DNA from: Dehalococcoidia bacterium
Lineage (GTDB): Bacteria > Chloroflexota > Dehalococcoidia > Plut-88900
NCBI GenBank assembly: GCA_965197645.1
Contig: OZ240219.1
Span: 1,600,001-1,664,000 of the forward strand
Direction of reading: 5' to 3'
Length of the DNA: 64,000 bases
Positions 8,230 to 19,422 of the stretch are shown one piece after another. The notes below the pieces were generated by a model that was not told where the DNA came from, searched no databases, and saw nothing but the letters and a program-made list of their open reading frames with translations. Each line of letters begins with the position of its first letter. Within the stretch, counting starts at the first letter, position 1. Position numbers and translations under genes: made by a program.

Positions 8230-9858
8230 CTACCCCAACCGGCCCTGCTCCCCTTCGTCGCTCTTCACCCGCTGCGACTTCCGGTACATCGGCGGGTGGG
8301 GCGGCATCTCGAACCCATTGCCCGCCAGCAGCTCCCCGATGGTGCGTATCTGCAGGCGTGGGTAGTCCTTCTGCCACACGTCCGAACGGTACAGCCCGGC
8401 ACTGACGGCCTCGGTGGTCATGGCCGTCGTGGGTTTCTCCAGCGTGATGAACAGCCCCATCGCCGCCTGCTCCCGCTCCACGGTGCCCTTGAGGTCTCGC
8501 ATCTGGGGCGACGACACCTTGCCGCTCTTCACCTGCACCACGGCCTTGTGCATCGTCCGGCGGGGGCCGTCCACGAAGTGCACAATGCCATCGATGCCCC
8601 GGTCCGCCCCCTTCTTGCTGTGCTCCCTGGGAAAGGCCTCCAAGAGCGACATCGCCCAGAACTCGAACTGGAATCGGTCTTGCTCAGCCAGGGCGCGGGC
8701 GCTGCCGACGTCCACCGGCTCTCCCACGACCCGGTAGTCCTTGCCGGGCAGGATGTCGAAGGCCGTCTTCAAACGGTTCTTCATCAGGGCGACGGCCAGG
8801 TGGGTGATATCGATGCCTACCCACTGGCGGTTGAGCTTCTGGGCGGCGGCGATGGCGGTGCCGCAGCCGCAGAAGGGGTCCAGCACCACGTCTCCCTCGT
8901 TGGAGGATGCCTGGATGATGCGCTCCAGCAGGGCCAGCGGCTTCTGGGTGGGGTAGCCAAGGCGTTCTTTAGACCAGCCTCTGACAAAACTAATATCGGC
9001 CCAATTTGTAGTAATGGGTGTTCCGAGGGATTCATCAAGGTAACGTTTGTACATAGGGACAGTGCCAGGATTAGTTTGAACAACACGACCTTCATCTATC
9101 AGCTTTTGCATGCGTTCCCTTGAATATCGCCAATACCTTGTAACCCCCATTACTTCGTACTGCGGGTTGCCTTTCGCCGCTCCGCCAGGCCCCAGCATAT
9201 TGTCTAACTTGTAGCGGCGGCCGTCCGGGTCGGTGTAACGGTAAAATCTATCTACGTAGTCCGGGTCAAGGGGTCCGTATTGGGCATTGAAGGCGCTGTC
9301 GCTAGCCTTGGTATAGAAGAGGATCGTATCGTTTACACGAGCAAAGTGCTTTGCACCTTGCCCTGTATCACCCTTAGAATCCGACCGCTTCCAGACAACT
9401 TCATTCCTGATATGCTCCTTACCAAACACGGCATCCATGAGCACCTTGAGGTAGTGGCTGGCAGTGGGGTCGCAGTGGAGGTATATGGAGCCGGTGGGCT
9501 TGAGGACCCGGCGCAGCTCCACCAGCCGGGGCGCCATCATCACCAGGTAGGCCATCATGGCGTTGCTGCCGATGAACTGCCGGAAGGCCTTCATCATCTC
9601 CTTGACGTTGACCGGAGTGGCCGGGTTCAGCATGATCTCCCGTTCGTAGGTGCGCTGGGACTCCAGGGTCCACTCCCAGGTGTCGGTGAAGGCCTGTATC
9701 TGTGCCGGGGACGCCTCGCCGGACTGCTCCTTGAACAGCACGTTGTAGGAGGCGTTGGAGTTGAAGGGCGGGTCGAGATAGACAAGGTCCACCGATTCAT
9801 CGGGGACGTGCTCCCGCAGGATGTTCAGGTTGTCGCCGTAGAAGAGGGTGTTGGGCAT
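8230..9858 (-). CDS. Beta-class N6/N4 DNA methyltransferase fused to a C-terminal Mrr-like restriction endonuclease domain
   Basis: 'LFYGDNL', motif IV 'YLDPPF', 'YPTQKP' and motif I 'DPFCGCGT'. C-terminal PD-(D/E/Q)xK-like 'DRGIDG...VVQVK'. Confidence 0.9.
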   Translation of the reverse strand: MPNTLFYGDNLNILREHVPDESVDLVYLDPPFNSNASYNVLFKEQSGEASPAQIQAFTDTWEWTLESQRTYEREIMLNPATPVNVKEMMKAFRQFIGSNAMMAYLVMMAPRLVELRRVLKPTGSIYLHCDPTASHYLKVLMDAVFGKEHIRNEVVWKRSDSKGDTGQGAKHFARVNDTILFYTKASDSAFNAQYGPLDPDYVDRFYRYTDPDGRRYKLDNMLGPGGAAKGNPQYEVMGVTRYWRYSRERMQKLIDEGRVVQTNPGTVPMYKRYLDESLGTPITTNWADISFVRGWSKERLGYPTQKPLALLERIIQASSNEGDVVLDPFCGCGTAIAAAQKLNRQWVGIDITHLAVALMKNRLKTAFDILPGKDYRVVGEPVDVGSARALAEQDRFQFEFWAMSLLEAFPREHSKKGADRGIDGIVHFVDGPRRTMHKAVVQVKSGKVSSPQMRDLKGTVEREQAAMGLFITLEKPTTAMTTEAVSAGLYRSDVWQKDYPRLQIRTIGELLAGNGFEMPPHPPMYRKSQRVKSDEGEQGRLG

Positions 9859-9859
9859 G

Positions 9860-10945
9860 TTAGACGCGGTTTTTCCCCAGTGCCCTAGCTATCGATGCGA
9901 TAGTTTTATCAAGATTGTTTGCCATAACACGGACTTCCTCGCTCCCTTCCTTCAATTCGCGATTGAGGTGGCGCTCTAGCGGAGGTATTTCATCCATTCT
10001 CTCCGCCAAGCCTAAACATGAGTTACGGGCCTCTATTACCAAAGATTGGAGATCTCTCAGGGTAGCAATGTACTTAATGATTTTGGGGTCTGTCATGTCA
10101 GACTGTTCGAGTTGGAAGGAAAGCACGATTTCCAAGCTGTTCTCGGTGTTTTGTGCAATGCCAGAATAATCGGTATTCGCCTTCCTCAACCGGCCTTTGA
10201 ATTGTTTTATCTGTTCGGCGAGTCGGCGGGACACCTTCCGTGCGGCGACTGGGGAGGAATCGCTGGGATTGGTGCTGATTTTCTTGTATTGTGCAGTCGC
10301 AGTTTCCGCAGCATTGGTCAGGGTTTGTAAGTCTTTCGTTACATCAACAGTGATCTCGGCAATATCATTGTAACCATTGGTAACGTCAATAACGTGGTCA
10401 AAGAACCCTCGCTCATCTTGTTGAACTGTACCAGAGGAATGAACATTAGAATCTTGGTTTGCCCTGGATCCATCTTGAAGGAAATCGGTAACAGGACTCC
10501 CGAACTTCACGGTTCCTTCCAGGAATCCCTTGGCCCGATTAGACAACTGTTTTTCTGCATTCTCAATTTTGACAAAGTCAGTGCTATATTCCAGCACACG
10601 GTAGGATTGGATATCAAAAGGGACATCTTCTAAGTATTGCGTCATAAGAATAACTGGCTTCCCGCGGGCATGAGCCAGACCGAGTTCGTAAAACACGTTG
10701 GGGTTGATAGTAGTCAAATCCGCGACGATCAGGTCACTAGTCTCAATTCTCTCGATGACGTCCCTGAGAATACTCTGTTGATTCTCTATGTCATCAGCCC
10801 GTTGAACGGTGAACCCAGCCTTTTCCAACACAGGTTTGATGAAATGTTCGTAAACATTGCTGAATTCTTCAGCAAACGGCATTAACACAAATGCTGAATT
10901 CATTTTCGCTCCTGAACTATCCTTCGTATGACTCATTCGTCCCAT
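9860..10945 (-). CDS. Nucleoside 2-deoxyribosyltransferase-like (NDT/TIR-like fold) domain plus long helical C-terminus
   Basis: 'FVLMPF...RADD...[24 protein letters not shown]...PFDI' signature. The gene is AT-rich. Confidence 0.8.
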   Translation of the reverse strand: MGRMSHTKDSSGAKMNSAFVLMPFAEEFSNVYEHFIKPVLEKAGFTVQRADDIENQQSILRDVIERIETSDLIVADLTTINPNVFYELGLAHARGKPVILMTQYLEDVPFDIQSYRVLEYSTDFVKIENAEKQLSNRAKGFLEGTVKFGSPVTDFLQDGSRANQDSNVHSSGTVQQDERGFFDHVIDVTNGYNDIAEITVDVTKDLQTLTNAAETATAQYKKISTNPSDSSPVAARKVSRRLAEQIKQFKGRLRKANTDYSGIAQNTENSLEIVLSFQLEQSDMTDPKIIKYIATLRDLQSLVIEARNSCLGLAERMDEIPPLERHLNRELKEGSEEVRVMANNLDKTIASIARALGKNRV

Positions 10946-11026
10946 ATCCTATCGCAATTGTATAACTCCAGAGTAGACACCTGAGCTAAAGACAGTTCTT
11001 TTGGACGTACTTAAACCTCGTCCCCC

Positions 11027-11557
11027 TTAGGTGACCCTGCCCAGCTCCTCTGCCGTAACCGGCGCCGCGGCATGCCAGAACCTCTCCATATCGCTGAGAA
11101 GCTTCTCCACCACCGGCGGCGACTTGAGCAGCACGCCATACTCCAGGTCGCCGGCTCTTTCTTCGGTGTTCCCACCTCCCTTTCCCTGGAAGAAGCTGTC
11201 CGCCGTCAGGTTGGCCGACGTGACCAGCGCGGCCTCTCGGTCGAAGACGTAGACCTTGGCGTGCAGATTGGGCAGCCACCTCAGCTCGACCTGACAGAAC
11301 TCTCCCAGATCGAGCAAAGTCAGCAGCGCCTTCGGGTGGGAGTGTCCTCCCGCAAAAGCGTCCTCATCGAACCGGGTGAGGACCCGGATGCCGAGCTTAT
11401 CGAGGGATGGGTTAGCTTTCAGGGTCTCCACTACCCTCGAGACGCCGTCCAGCCTGACGTAAGGGGAGATGATGAAAAGCTCGGACTTGACGCCTCGTAC
11501 CCGCTCGAGGAAGGCCTCGCCAAAGGGTGAAGACCACAGCTCCGGCGGTTCAGTCAT
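11027..11557 (-). CDS. Stand-alone phospholipase D-family (single HKD) nuclease-like protein
   Basis: 'IISPYV', 'LHAKVYVFD....VTSANLT' and 'LEYGV'. Confidence 0.85.
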   Translation of the reverse strand: MTEPPELWSSPFGEAFLERVRGVKSELFIISPYVRLDGVSRVVETLKANPSLDKLGIRVLTRFDEDAFAGGHSHPKALLTLLDLGEFCQVELRWLPNLHAKVYVFDREAALVTSANLTADSFFQGKGGGNTEERAGDLEYGVLLKSPPVVEKLLSDMERFWHAAAPVTAEELGRVT

Positions 11558-11679
11558 GTTTCATCGGTTACCCGCTACCAGTCCTTCCCGCCCCATCTTA
11601 CTCCAGCCCACGGACGCCGTCCGATTTGTCTTCGCCCAAGCCCCTTTGCTTGTAATAGCCTTGGACCATACAATCAAGA

Positions 11680-11709
11680 TTGACTCCCCTACAGACCCCT
11701 TGCTAAACT
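11680..11709 (+). promoter_or_regulatory. Sigma70-type promoter of the acyl-CoA mutase cluster
   Basis: TTGACT-N18-TAAACT with an extended -10 TG at 11701-11702. Confidence 0.55.
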
Positions 11710-11779
11710 TACCTTTCGGGATGTTGGCGGTAACACACCCGATCCACGAACCGTCAGGTCGGAGGTTAGGTAGTATCCT

Positions 11780-13444
11780 TTGTCCGATGCCGTGAAACGT
11801 CAGTCTGTCGGGGAACAGCAGTCTCGTTGGGCGGAGGCGTACGAGGCAGCCAGGAAGCGGGATGCACTCTACAAGACCCTATCCGAAATCCCCGTCGAAC
11901 CCCTCTACTCTCCCATCGACCGGTCCGGCGCCGATTACACCCAGGACACCGGCATGCCCGGCCAGTACCCCTACCTCCGGGGCGTCCATGCCACTGGATA
12001 CCGGACCCGGCTGTGGACCATGCGCATGTTTGCCGGCTTCGGCACCGCCGAGGAGACCAACGCCCGCTACAAGTACCTGTTGGAACAGGGCGAAAGCGGC
12101 CTGAGCGTCGCCTTCGATATGCCGACCCTCATGGGCTACGACACCGATCACTCCATGTCCACGGGGGAGTTCGGAAAGTGCGGTGTGGCCGTGTCCTCCC
12201 TGGCGGATATGGAGGTGCTGCTGGACGGCCTGCCCATCGACGAGATAACCACCTCAATGACTATCAACGGGCCTGCCGCCATCATCTGGGCCATGTTCAT
12301 CGCCGCCGCCGAAAAGCAAGGCGTACCCATGGACAGGCTGGGCGGCACCCTTCAGAACGATATCCTCAAAGAGTTCATCGCCCAGAACGAGTACCTGTTC
12401 CCTATAGAGGACTCGATGCGCCTGGTTACCGACACCATCGAGTTCGCCGCCCGGCACATGCCCCGCTGGAACCCGGTGAGCATCAGCGGCTATCACATCC
12501 GGGAGGCGGGCTCCACAGGGGTCCAGGAGCTGGCCTTCACCCTGGCCGACGGGTTCGCCTATATAGACGCCGCCCTGGAGCGGGGACTGGACGTCGATGA
12601 GTTCGCACCCCGCCTCAGCTTCTTCTTCAACATCCACGACGACTTCTTCGAAGAGATAGCCAAGTTCAGGGCGGCCCGCCGCATATGGGCGAGAGAGCTG
12701 AAAGAGCGGTACGGAGCCAAGAACGAGCGCTCCCTCTGGCTCCGCACCCATGCCCAGACCGCCGGCGTATCTCTGACGGCCCAACAGCCGGAGACCAACA
12801 TGGTCCGGGTGGCCATACAGGCCCTGGCCGGGGTGCTGGGAGGCGTGCAATCGATGCACACCAACTCGATGGATGAGGTCCACGCCTTGCCCTCCGAGAG
12901 TGCCGCCCTCGTGGCGCTGAGGACTCAACAGATCATCGCCAACGAGAGCGGCGTCATCGAAACCGTCGATCCCCTTGGAGGTAGCTACTACCTGGAGGCG
13001 CTCACCGATAAGTTGGAGGAGGAGGCCTACCGCTACTTCGATGCCATCCGAGACCAGGGCGGCGTGCTTCCGGCCGTGAAGAACGGCTATTTCCTCCGGG
13101 AGATAGCCGACGCCTCCTTTACCTACCAGCGGGAGGTGGAGCAAAATCTGCGGGTCAAGGTCGGCGTCAACGGCTACACCACCGACGAGAAGTTGACCAT
13201 ACCCATCTTGAACATGGACGAACAGGGTGAACGACGACACCTGGACCGACTGAATAGAGTGAGAAGGGACAGGGACGCCGACGAAGTGCAGAGGCGTCTC
13301 GACGACCTGCGAGAGGCGGCCCGCGGCACCGACAATCTGATGCCTTACCTCCTGGAGGCCGCCCGGGCCTACGCCACGCTGGGCGAGATGACGGACGTAT
13401 TTCGAGAGGTATTTGGAGAAGCGGAGGTCCTGACCGTCGCATGA
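11780..13444 (+). CDS. B12-dependent acyl-CoA mutase large subunit, isobutyryl-CoA mutase (ICM)-type signature
   Basis: MCM TIM barrel without a B12 domain. '[10 protein letters not shown]' has F at the MCM Tyr89 position and '[11 protein letters not shown]' has Q at the MCM Arg207 position. Confidence 0.88.
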   Translation: MSDAVKRQSVGEQQSRWAEAYEAARKRDALYKTLSEIPVEPLYSPIDRSGADYTQDTGMPGQYPYLRGVHATGYRTRLWTMRMFAGFGTAEETNARYKYLLEQGESGLSVAFDMPTLMGYDTDHSMSTGEFGKCGVAVSSLADMEVLLDGLPIDEITTSMTINGPAAIIWAMFIAAAEKQGVPMDRLGGTLQNDILKEFIAQNEYLFPIEDSMRLVTDTIEFAARHMPRWNPVSISGYHIREAGSTGVQELAFTLADGFAYIDAALERGLDVDEFAPRLSFFFNIHDDFFEEIAKFRAARRIWARELKERYGAKNERSLWLRTHAQTAGVSLTAQQPETNMVRVAIQALAGVLGGVQSMHTNSMDEVHALPSESAALVALRTQQIIANESGVIETVDPLGGSYYLEALTDKLEEEAYRYFDAIRDQGGVLPAVKNGYFLREIADASFTYQREVEQNLRVKVGVNGYTTDEKLTIPILNMDEQGERRHLDRLNRVRRDRDADEVQRRLDDLREAARGTDNLMPYLLEAARAYATLGEMTDVFREVFGEAEVLTVA

Positions 13445-14649
13445 AACCGTTGGAAGGCATCAAGGTTCTAGAGGTCTCCAACTGGATCTCCGGCCCCACC
13501 TGCGCCACCGTCCTGGCCGACTGCGGGGCCGATGTCATCAAGCTCGAACACCTTCAGACCGGTGGTGACCCGGCTCGCGGCTGGGTCCCGGTCAACCTGC
13601 CCAAGGAGAAGCAGATCAACTGGGTGTTCGAGGCGATCAACAGGGGTAAACGCAGCCTTGCCCTGGATCTCGGCCAGGACAAGGGCCAGGAGGTACTTCA
13701 ACGGCTGATTCGAGATACCGACATCCTTGTCACCAATGTCCGGATATCGACGGCCGAGACCCTCCACCTGGATTTCGAGACCCTGAGTGCCCTCAATCCC
13801 CGGCTCATCTACGCCAGGATCACCGGTTTCGGCGCCCGAGGCCCAGACAAGGACAGGATGGGGTTCGATAGCCTGAGCTTCTGGGCCCGGTCCGGCCTGA
13901 TGGACGTCTTCAGCCCCATCGAAGGGCCTCCCGTACCCATCGGCTGCTCGTTGGGAGACGTAGCCACCGGCACTTTCCTCTTCGCTGCCATAATGATGGC
14001 CCTCTACAACCGGGAGAGTACCGGTGAGGGCAGCCTCGTGGAAACCTCCCTCTACGCCTCGGGAGTATGGACCAGTTCCGAGGCGATATGGTCCACCCTG
14101 ATAGGCGGCAGCTCAATGCCCAAGCTATCCAGGGAGGAGTTTCCCAACCCTCTGCTCCAGCTCTATCGCTGTTCCGATGACAGGTGGGTTAACCTGTGCA
14201 TCCTACAGAGCGAACGCTACTGGTCGGTTTTCTGCTCCGTCATAGATAGGTCGGACCTGGAGACCGATCCCCGGTTCATTGACCAAGACGCCCGAGCGGA
14301 GAACTCGGCCGCGTTGGTGGCCCTGCTCGAGGAGGAGTTCGGTAAGCACCCGTTGGACTACTGGGCCCCCAGGCTGGACGAGGCCCACATCGCCTGGGAA
14401 CCCACCAGCGAAATTGAGGAGGTGGCCAGCGACCCCCAGCTGTATGCCAACCAATCAATCGTCGAAGTCGATCATCCCCACCTGGGGCGCATCAAAGAGG
14501 TCGCCGCTCCATTCCAGTTCAACCAGGAAACCCTCGCGTCTCGCACCAGCGCTCCGGAGTTCGGTTCTGCCACGGAGGAGATTCTCCAGGAGCACGACTA
14601 TTCATGGGACGAGATACTGGAACTGAAGAACCAAAAGGTTATCATTTAG
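13441..14649 (+). CDS. Family III CoA-transferase (CaiB/BaiF)
   Basis: 'PLEGIKVLE', '[12 protein letters not shown]', '[11 protein letters not shown]', '[15 protein letters not shown]' and catalytic 'GDVATG'. Confidence 0.92.
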   Translation: MKPLEGIKVLEVSNWISGPTCATVLADCGADVIKLEHLQTGGDPARGWVPVNLPKEKQINWVFEAINRGKRSLALDLGQDKGQEVLQRLIRDTDILVTNVRISTAETLHLDFETLSALNPRLIYARITGFGARGPDKDRMGFDSLSFWARSGLMDVFSPIEGPPVPIGCSLGDVATGTFLFAAIMMALYNRESTGEGSLVETSLYASGVWTSSEAIWSTLIGGSSMPKLSREEFPNPLLQLYRCSDDRWVNLCILQSERYWSVFCSVIDRSDLETDPRFIDQDARAENSAALVALLEEEFGKHPLDYWAPRLDEAHIAWEPTSEIEEVASDPQLYANQSIVEVDHPHLGRIKEVAAPFQFNQETLASRTSAPEFGSATEEILQEHDYSWDEILELKNQKVII

Positions 14650-14671
14650 GAGGAGACCCCTTCCTCGGAGG

Positions 14672-16342
14672 TTGGACGTGCAAAACCAGGCCGAGCTCGA
14701 TAACATCCGCGCACGCCAGAAGGAGTGGGAGGAGAAGGCGAGCAAGACGAAGCAGCGGGAAGGCTCGTTCGAGACCAGCTCCGGAGTCCCCATCAACGGG
14801 GTATATACGCCCCTGGACACCGGGGAGATGGACTACGCCTCCGAGATAGGGGTGCCCGGCGAGTTCCCCTTCACCCGCGGCATCCACCCCACCGGCTACA
14901 GGGGCCGCCTGTGGACCATGAGGCAGTACGCCGGCTTCGGCTCCGCCGAGGAGTCCAACCGCCGCTACCGCTATCTGCTGGACCAGGGCCAGACCGGCCT
15001 CAGCGTCGCCTTCGACCTGCCAACCCAGATGGGATACGACTCAGACCATCCCATGGCTCGGGGCGAAGTCGGCAAAGTAGGCGTTCCCATCGATACCCTG
15101 GCCGACATGGAGGTGCTCTTCGATCAGATTCCCCTGGAGCAGGTAACCACGTCCATGACCATCAACGCCACCGCTTCGGTGCTGCTGGCCCTTTACGTGG
15201 CCCTGGCCAAGAAGCAGGGCTCAGACTTGGCCAAGGTGGGCGGCACCGTTCAGAACGATATCCTCAAAGAGTACGTAGCGCGGGGCACCTACATCTTCCC
15301 GCCTAGGTTTTCGATGCGCCTGGTAACTGACCTGTTCAAGTACTGCAGCGAGAACCTGCCCTCCTGGAACACCATCAGCATCAGCGGTTACCACATGCGG
15401 GAGGCCGGCGCCACCGCCGTTCAGGAGTTGGCCTTCACCTTCGCCAACGCCATCGCCTACGTGGAAGCGGCTCTGGAGGTCGGCCTGAACATCGATGCCT
15501 TCGCCGGCCGGCTCTCCTTCTTCTTCGTCAGCCAGAACAACCTGCTGGAGGAGGTAGCCAAGTTCAGAGCCGCCCGCAAGATATGGGCCAAGATAATGAG
15601 GGACCGTTTCGGGGCGCAGAAACCCCGCTCGATGATGCTCAGGTTTCACACCCAGACCGCCGGAGTAGCGTTGACGGCCCAGCAGCCGGAGAACAACGTA
15701 GTCCGGGTGACCATACAGGCCTTGGCCGCAGTGCTGGGCGGCACCCAGTCCCTGCACACCAATTCCATGGACGAGGCCCTGGGCCTTCCATCCGAGAAGG
15801 CGGCCACCATAGCCCTGAGGACCCAGCAGATACTGGCCGCCGAAAGCGGTGTTGCCGACACAATTGATCCCCTGGCAGGTTCCTACTACGTCGAGTCCCT
15901 TACCCAGAACCTGGAAGACGAGACGTGGAAGTACCTGGAGAAAGTGGAGGAGCTGGGCGGCGCCACCGGCGCCATAGAGCAGGGCTACATGCATAGAGAG
16001 ATCCAAGACAGCGCCTACAAGTTCCAACGGGAGATAGAGAGCGAGCAGCGCATCTCGGTGGGAGTCAACCGGTACCAATCGGACCAGCTTTCCATGGAGG
16101 GAGTCCTCCGTATCGATCCCGCCATGGAGAAGCAGCAGCTGCGGCAGCTTGATAACGTCAAGTCTGAAAGGGACGAAGGCCAGGTGCAGAAGACACTGGA
16201 CAGACTTGCTGAGACGGCCCGCGGCGAGGACAACACCTTGCCCGCCATCCTGGAATGCGTCGAAGCCTACGCCTCCATCGGCGAGATATGTGACGTCATG
16301 CGAGAGGTCACGGGAGAGTACCAGCCCTCGGTATCGTATTAA
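14672..16342 (+). CDS. Methylmalonyl-CoA mutase large (substrate-binding) subunit
   Basis: '[10 protein letters not shown]' (Tyr), '[14 protein letters not shown]' (Arg), 'SISGYH' and '[10 protein letters not shown]'. Confidence 0.92.
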   Translation: MDVQNQAELDNIRARQKEWEEKASKTKQREGSFETSSGVPINGVYTPLDTGEMDYASEIGVPGEFPFTRGIHPTGYRGRLWTMRQYAGFGSAEESNRRYRYLLDQGQTGLSVAFDLPTQMGYDSDHPMARGEVGKVGVPIDTLADMEVLFDQIPLEQVTTSMTINATASVLLALYVALAKKQGSDLAKVGGTVQNDILKEYVARGTYIFPPRFSMRLVTDLFKYCSENLPSWNTISISGYHMREAGATAVQELAFTFANAIAYVEAALEVGLNIDAFAGRLSFFFVSQNNLLEEVAKFRAARKIWAKIMRDRFGAQKPRSMMLRFHTQTAGVALTAQQPENNVVRVTIQALAAVLGGTQSLHTNSMDEALGLPSEKAATIALRTQQILAAESGVADTIDPLAGSYYVESLTQNLEDETWKYLEKVEELGGATGAIEQGYMHREIQDSAYKFQREIESEQRISVGVNRYQSDQLSMEGVLRIDPAMEKQQLRQLDNVKSERDEGQVQKTLDRLAETARGEDNTLPAILECVEAYASIGEICDVMREVTGEYQPSVSY

Positions 16343-16484
16343 CCCTCCCTCGTCATTCCGGGCCCTTCTCGGGAGCGAAAGAGGAGTCAACGCCAAATCA
16401 ATTCGTCGAGTCTACCTCCGATGTAATCTCCATCAACCGGTGAGGACCATCGGTGGGGAGAGGAGGCCGAGAACAGGAGTAGAG

Positions 16485-17633
16485 ATGGACTTTACACTCT
16501 CGGAAGAACAGAAGATCCTTCAGAGAAACGTACGAGACTTCGCCGCGCGGGAGATCGCCCCCGTGGCCTCTCGCATCGATCAGGACGAGGAGTTTCCCTG
16601 GGAGAGCATCCGCAAGATGGGGGAGATGGGGTTGATGGGGGTGACCATGGACCCTGAGTACGGCGGCACCGGCGGGAGCTACATCGACCTAGCCATTGTC
16701 GCTGAGGAGCTTGCTCGAGCCTGTGCCGCCACCGCCGTCATCTACATAGCGTCCCTGTCGCTGGCGTCCCAGTGCATCAATACCTTCGGCACCCACGAGC
16801 AGAAGAGCCGATTTCTTAGCCCCCTGGCGCAGGGGCAGAAGCTGGCCGCCTTTGGTCTCTCCGAGCCCGGCTCCGGCAGCGACGTCGCCTCGCTGAGGAC
16901 ACTGGCGCTGGGACACGATGGTCACTATTTCCTCAACGGCAGCAAGACCTTCATCACCAACGGCGACGTCGCCGATACCCTGGTGGTCTTCGCCACCGTG
17001 GACCGCTCGTTGGGCTCCAAGGGGATAACGGCCTTCATTGTGGAAAAGGAGGCCCAGGGCTTCACCGCTCGAAACGAAAAGGGCAAGCTGGGGGTCAGAG
17101 GCTCAACCACCGCGGAGCTGTTCTTCGAGGACTGTCAGATATCAGCGGAGGACCGGCTTGCGGAAGAGGGCAAGGGGATGCGAGTAGCCCTCACCATCAT
17201 AGATGGAAGCCGCATAATCATCGGTGCCCAGGCCGTGGGCATCGCCCATGCCGCCATGGAGGCTTCCCTCGCCTATGCCCAGCAGCGTCACCAGTTCGGC
17301 AAGCCCATCGCGGAGTTCCAGGCGATACAGTGGATGCTGGCCGAGATGGCTACCAGGATATCGGCGGCCCGGCTCCTCCTCTATCACGCCGCAGACCTGA
17401 AGCGCCAGGGCGAGCCCTTCTCCCGGGAGTCGGCCATGGCCAAACTCTTCGCCAGCGAGGTCGCCACCTCCGTCACCTCCCAGGCCATCCAGGTTCACGG
17501 AGGTATCGGATACTTCAAGGAGTTGCCTCTGGAGCGGTACTTCCGGGACTCCAAGGTTACCGAGATCTACGAGGGGACTTCGGAAGTACAGAAGATGGTT
17601 ATCGCACGAGACATGTTGACCAGGGGAGTGTGA
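16485..17633 (+). CDS. Acyl-CoA dehydrogenase (short/branched chain, butyryl-CoA DH-like)
   Basis: Start reset to the ATG of MDFTLSEEQ after an AGGAG SD. Motifs 'FGLSEPGSGSD', 'NGSKTFITNG', 'QVHGGIGY' and 'IYEGTSEVQ'. Confidence 0.93.
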   Translation: MDFTLSEEQKILQRNVRDFAAREIAPVASRIDQDEEFPWESIRKMGEMGLMGVTMDPEYGGTGGSYIDLAIVAEELARACAATAVIYIASLSLASQCINTFGTHEQKSRFLSPLAQGQKLAAFGLSEPGSGSDVASLRTLALGHDGHYFLNGSKTFITNGDVADTLVVFATVDRSLGSKGITAFIVEKEAQGFTARNEKGKLGVRGSTTAELFFEDCQISAEDRLAEEGKGMRVALTIIDGSRIIIGAQAVGIAHAAMEASLAYAQQRHQFGKPIAEFQAIQWMLAEMATRISAARLLLYHAADLKRQGEPFSRESAMAKLFASEVATSVTSQAIQVHGGIGYFKELPLERYFRDSKVTEIYEGTSEVQKMVIARDMLTRGV

Positions 17634-17662
17634 TCCGCACCTCCAGAACACACGAGGCCGCA

Positions 17663-18094
17663 ATGAGTCCCACCGACGCACCGCCCTGTACCGCCCAACA
17701 CCTGAACCACGTCGCCATAGTAGTCAAGAGCATCGAGGAAACGCTGGAGTTCTACCAAAGCACCTTCGGAGTCGAAGGCGGTGAGATAGAGGAGATAGCC
17801 GATCAGGGGGTAAAGGCCACGCTGATCTCCGTTGGCGGCAGCCAACTGGAGCTGATCCAGCCGGTTCAGCCGGATACGGGCGTAGCCCGCTTTCTGGAGA
17901 ATCGAGGCGAGGCCCTGCACCACATCTGCTTTGAAGTGGAGGACCTGCAGGACAAGCTCAACACGCTGGATGCCCGGGGAGTGCGGCTCATAGACAAGTC
18001 GCCTAGAAAGGGCCTGGCCGGCATGATCGCTTTCCTGCATCCCAAATCCACCCGAGGAGTATTGGTAGAGCTGGTAGACAAGGCCTCCACGTAG
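17663..18094 (+). CDS. mce: Methylmalonyl-CoA epimerase (VOC family)
   Basis: 'LNHVAIVV', 'LELIQP', 'GEALHHICFEV' and 'AFLHPKSTRGVLVEL'. Start reset to ATG 17663. Confidence 0.9.
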   Translation: MSPTDAPPCTAQHLNHVAIVVKSIEETLEFYQSTFGVEGGEIEEIADQGVKATLISVGGSQLELIQPVQPDTGVARFLENRGEALHHICFEVEDLQDKLNTLDARGVRLIDKSPRKGLAGMIAFLHPKSTRGVLVELVDKAST

Positions 18095-18222
18095 AGAGCC
18101 GGGTGGATGTGTCCTAGCAGTAGACCGATGGAGGGTAAGCGGCCGGGATCGAGAGACCAGCTTAAGCACGAACGATGTAGTTCCCGCCTAATCTTACGGT
18201 TCGAAGGATAGGAAGGACCCAA

Positions 18223-18633
18223 ATGCCAGAAACGGAAGTTGACATAATAAGAGTCCTGGTGGCCAAGCCCGGCCTGGACGGGCACGACCGGGGCGCCAAG
18301 GTCATAGCCCGAGCGTTGAGAGATGCGGGCATGGAGGTCATCTACACCGGCATCCGCCAGACCCCCGAGATGATCGCGGAGGCGTCCCTTCAGGAAGACG
18401 TGGATGTCGTGTGTATCAGCATCCTCTCCGGCGCCCACATGGAGCTCTTCCCCCTCATCATCCGGGAGCTGAAGCAGCGGGAGTTGGACGATACTATCGT
18501 TCTGGCAGGGGGCATAATCCCCGAGGAGGACCACCAACCCCTCACCGAGATCGGGGTCAGGGGCATATTCGGTCCCGGGACGTCCACCCAGGATATAGTC
18601 GAGTACATTCGTGACCAGGTGGCTTCCAGCTAG
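18223..18633 (+). CDS. Cobalamin-binding small subunit of acyl-CoA mutase
   Basis: '[13 protein letters not shown]' (DxHxxG), 'SILSGAH' and 'GGIIP'. Confidence 0.95.
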   Translation: MPETEVDIIRVLVAKPGLDGHDRGAKVIARALRDAGMEVIYTGIRQTPEMIAEASLQEDVDVVCISILSGAHMELFPLIIRELKQRELDDTIVLAGGIIPEEDHQPLTEIGVRGIFGPGTSTQDIVEYIRDQVASS

Positions 18634-18658
18634 TCCAATCCCAGGGAGGCGTTAGCTC

Positions 18659-19369
18659 ATGGCCCACCGACACACCGTAAGCGATATCAACCGCGCAGCC
18701 TTCGACGATGATGCCCACGAGTACGATTCCTCGATTTTCAGCGAGTCTCGTCACTACAAAGAGGTACACGAGATCGTGTTTGGGTTGCTGGCGTTCTCAG
18801 ACGTGGGATCGGGCCCGGTGCTTGAGCTGGGCACCGGCACCGCCAACCTGACGGTGGACATCCTGGAGCGATTTCCCACCATGGAAGTGGAAGGCTACGA
18901 CATATCGGAGGGCATGCTGAACGAGGCCGGCCGCAAGCTGCATCACTTCGGAGACCGGGTGACCCTGACCGCTATGGATCTGACCCAGGAGCTGCCGGAC
19001 CGCAAATACAAGGCCATAGTATCGGCCTACGTTATACACCACCTCAGCTCCCGCCGACGGCAGCGGCTGTTTCAGCGGCTTCTTCCGCTGCTGGAACCGG
19101 GCGGATGCATTATCATCGCAGATCTGGTCGATCCCGATACCGAGGGCCTCGGTAAACTCTATGATGCCCTGGCTCGCCAAGACGCCGAAGCCCAGGGCTT
19201 GGACATGGGCAAATACGATGAAGAGATGACCCACGGCCACCGGATGGCCAGCGCCACCACCAACTTCCTCCGCTACGTCCGGTGGCTGCGTAAAGCCGGG
19301 TACGATGACGTGGACTGCGTCTGGAAGCGGCTAGGCCTGGCGGTCTTCTACGGCCGGGCCCCCTCCTGA
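18659..19369 (+). CDS. Class I SAM-dependent methyltransferase
   Basis: 'VLELGTGTA', 'GYDISEGML', 'SAYVIHHL' and 'LEPGG'. Confidence 0.88.
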   Translation: MAHRHTVSDINRAAFDDDAHEYDSSIFSESRHYKEVHEIVFGLLAFSDVGSGPVLELGTGTANLTVDILERFPTMEVEGYDISEGMLNEAGRKLHHFGDRVTLTAMDLTQELPDRKYKAIVSAYVIHHLSSRRRQRLFQRLLPLLEPGGCIIIADLVDPDTEGLGKLYDALARQDAEAQGLDMGKYDEEMTHGHRMASATTNFLRYVRWLRKAGYDDVDCVWKRLGLAVFYGRAPS

Positions 19370-19422
19370 CTGCTCTGATACTTACTCGTTTGCAGGGTTA
19401 CTCCATCCAAAGGAGATATGAC

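Noticed and set aside
8957-9430. Diversity-generating retroelement as the cause of the variable MTase segment
   Set aside because: No reverse transcriptase and no template/variable repeat pair seen in the window.
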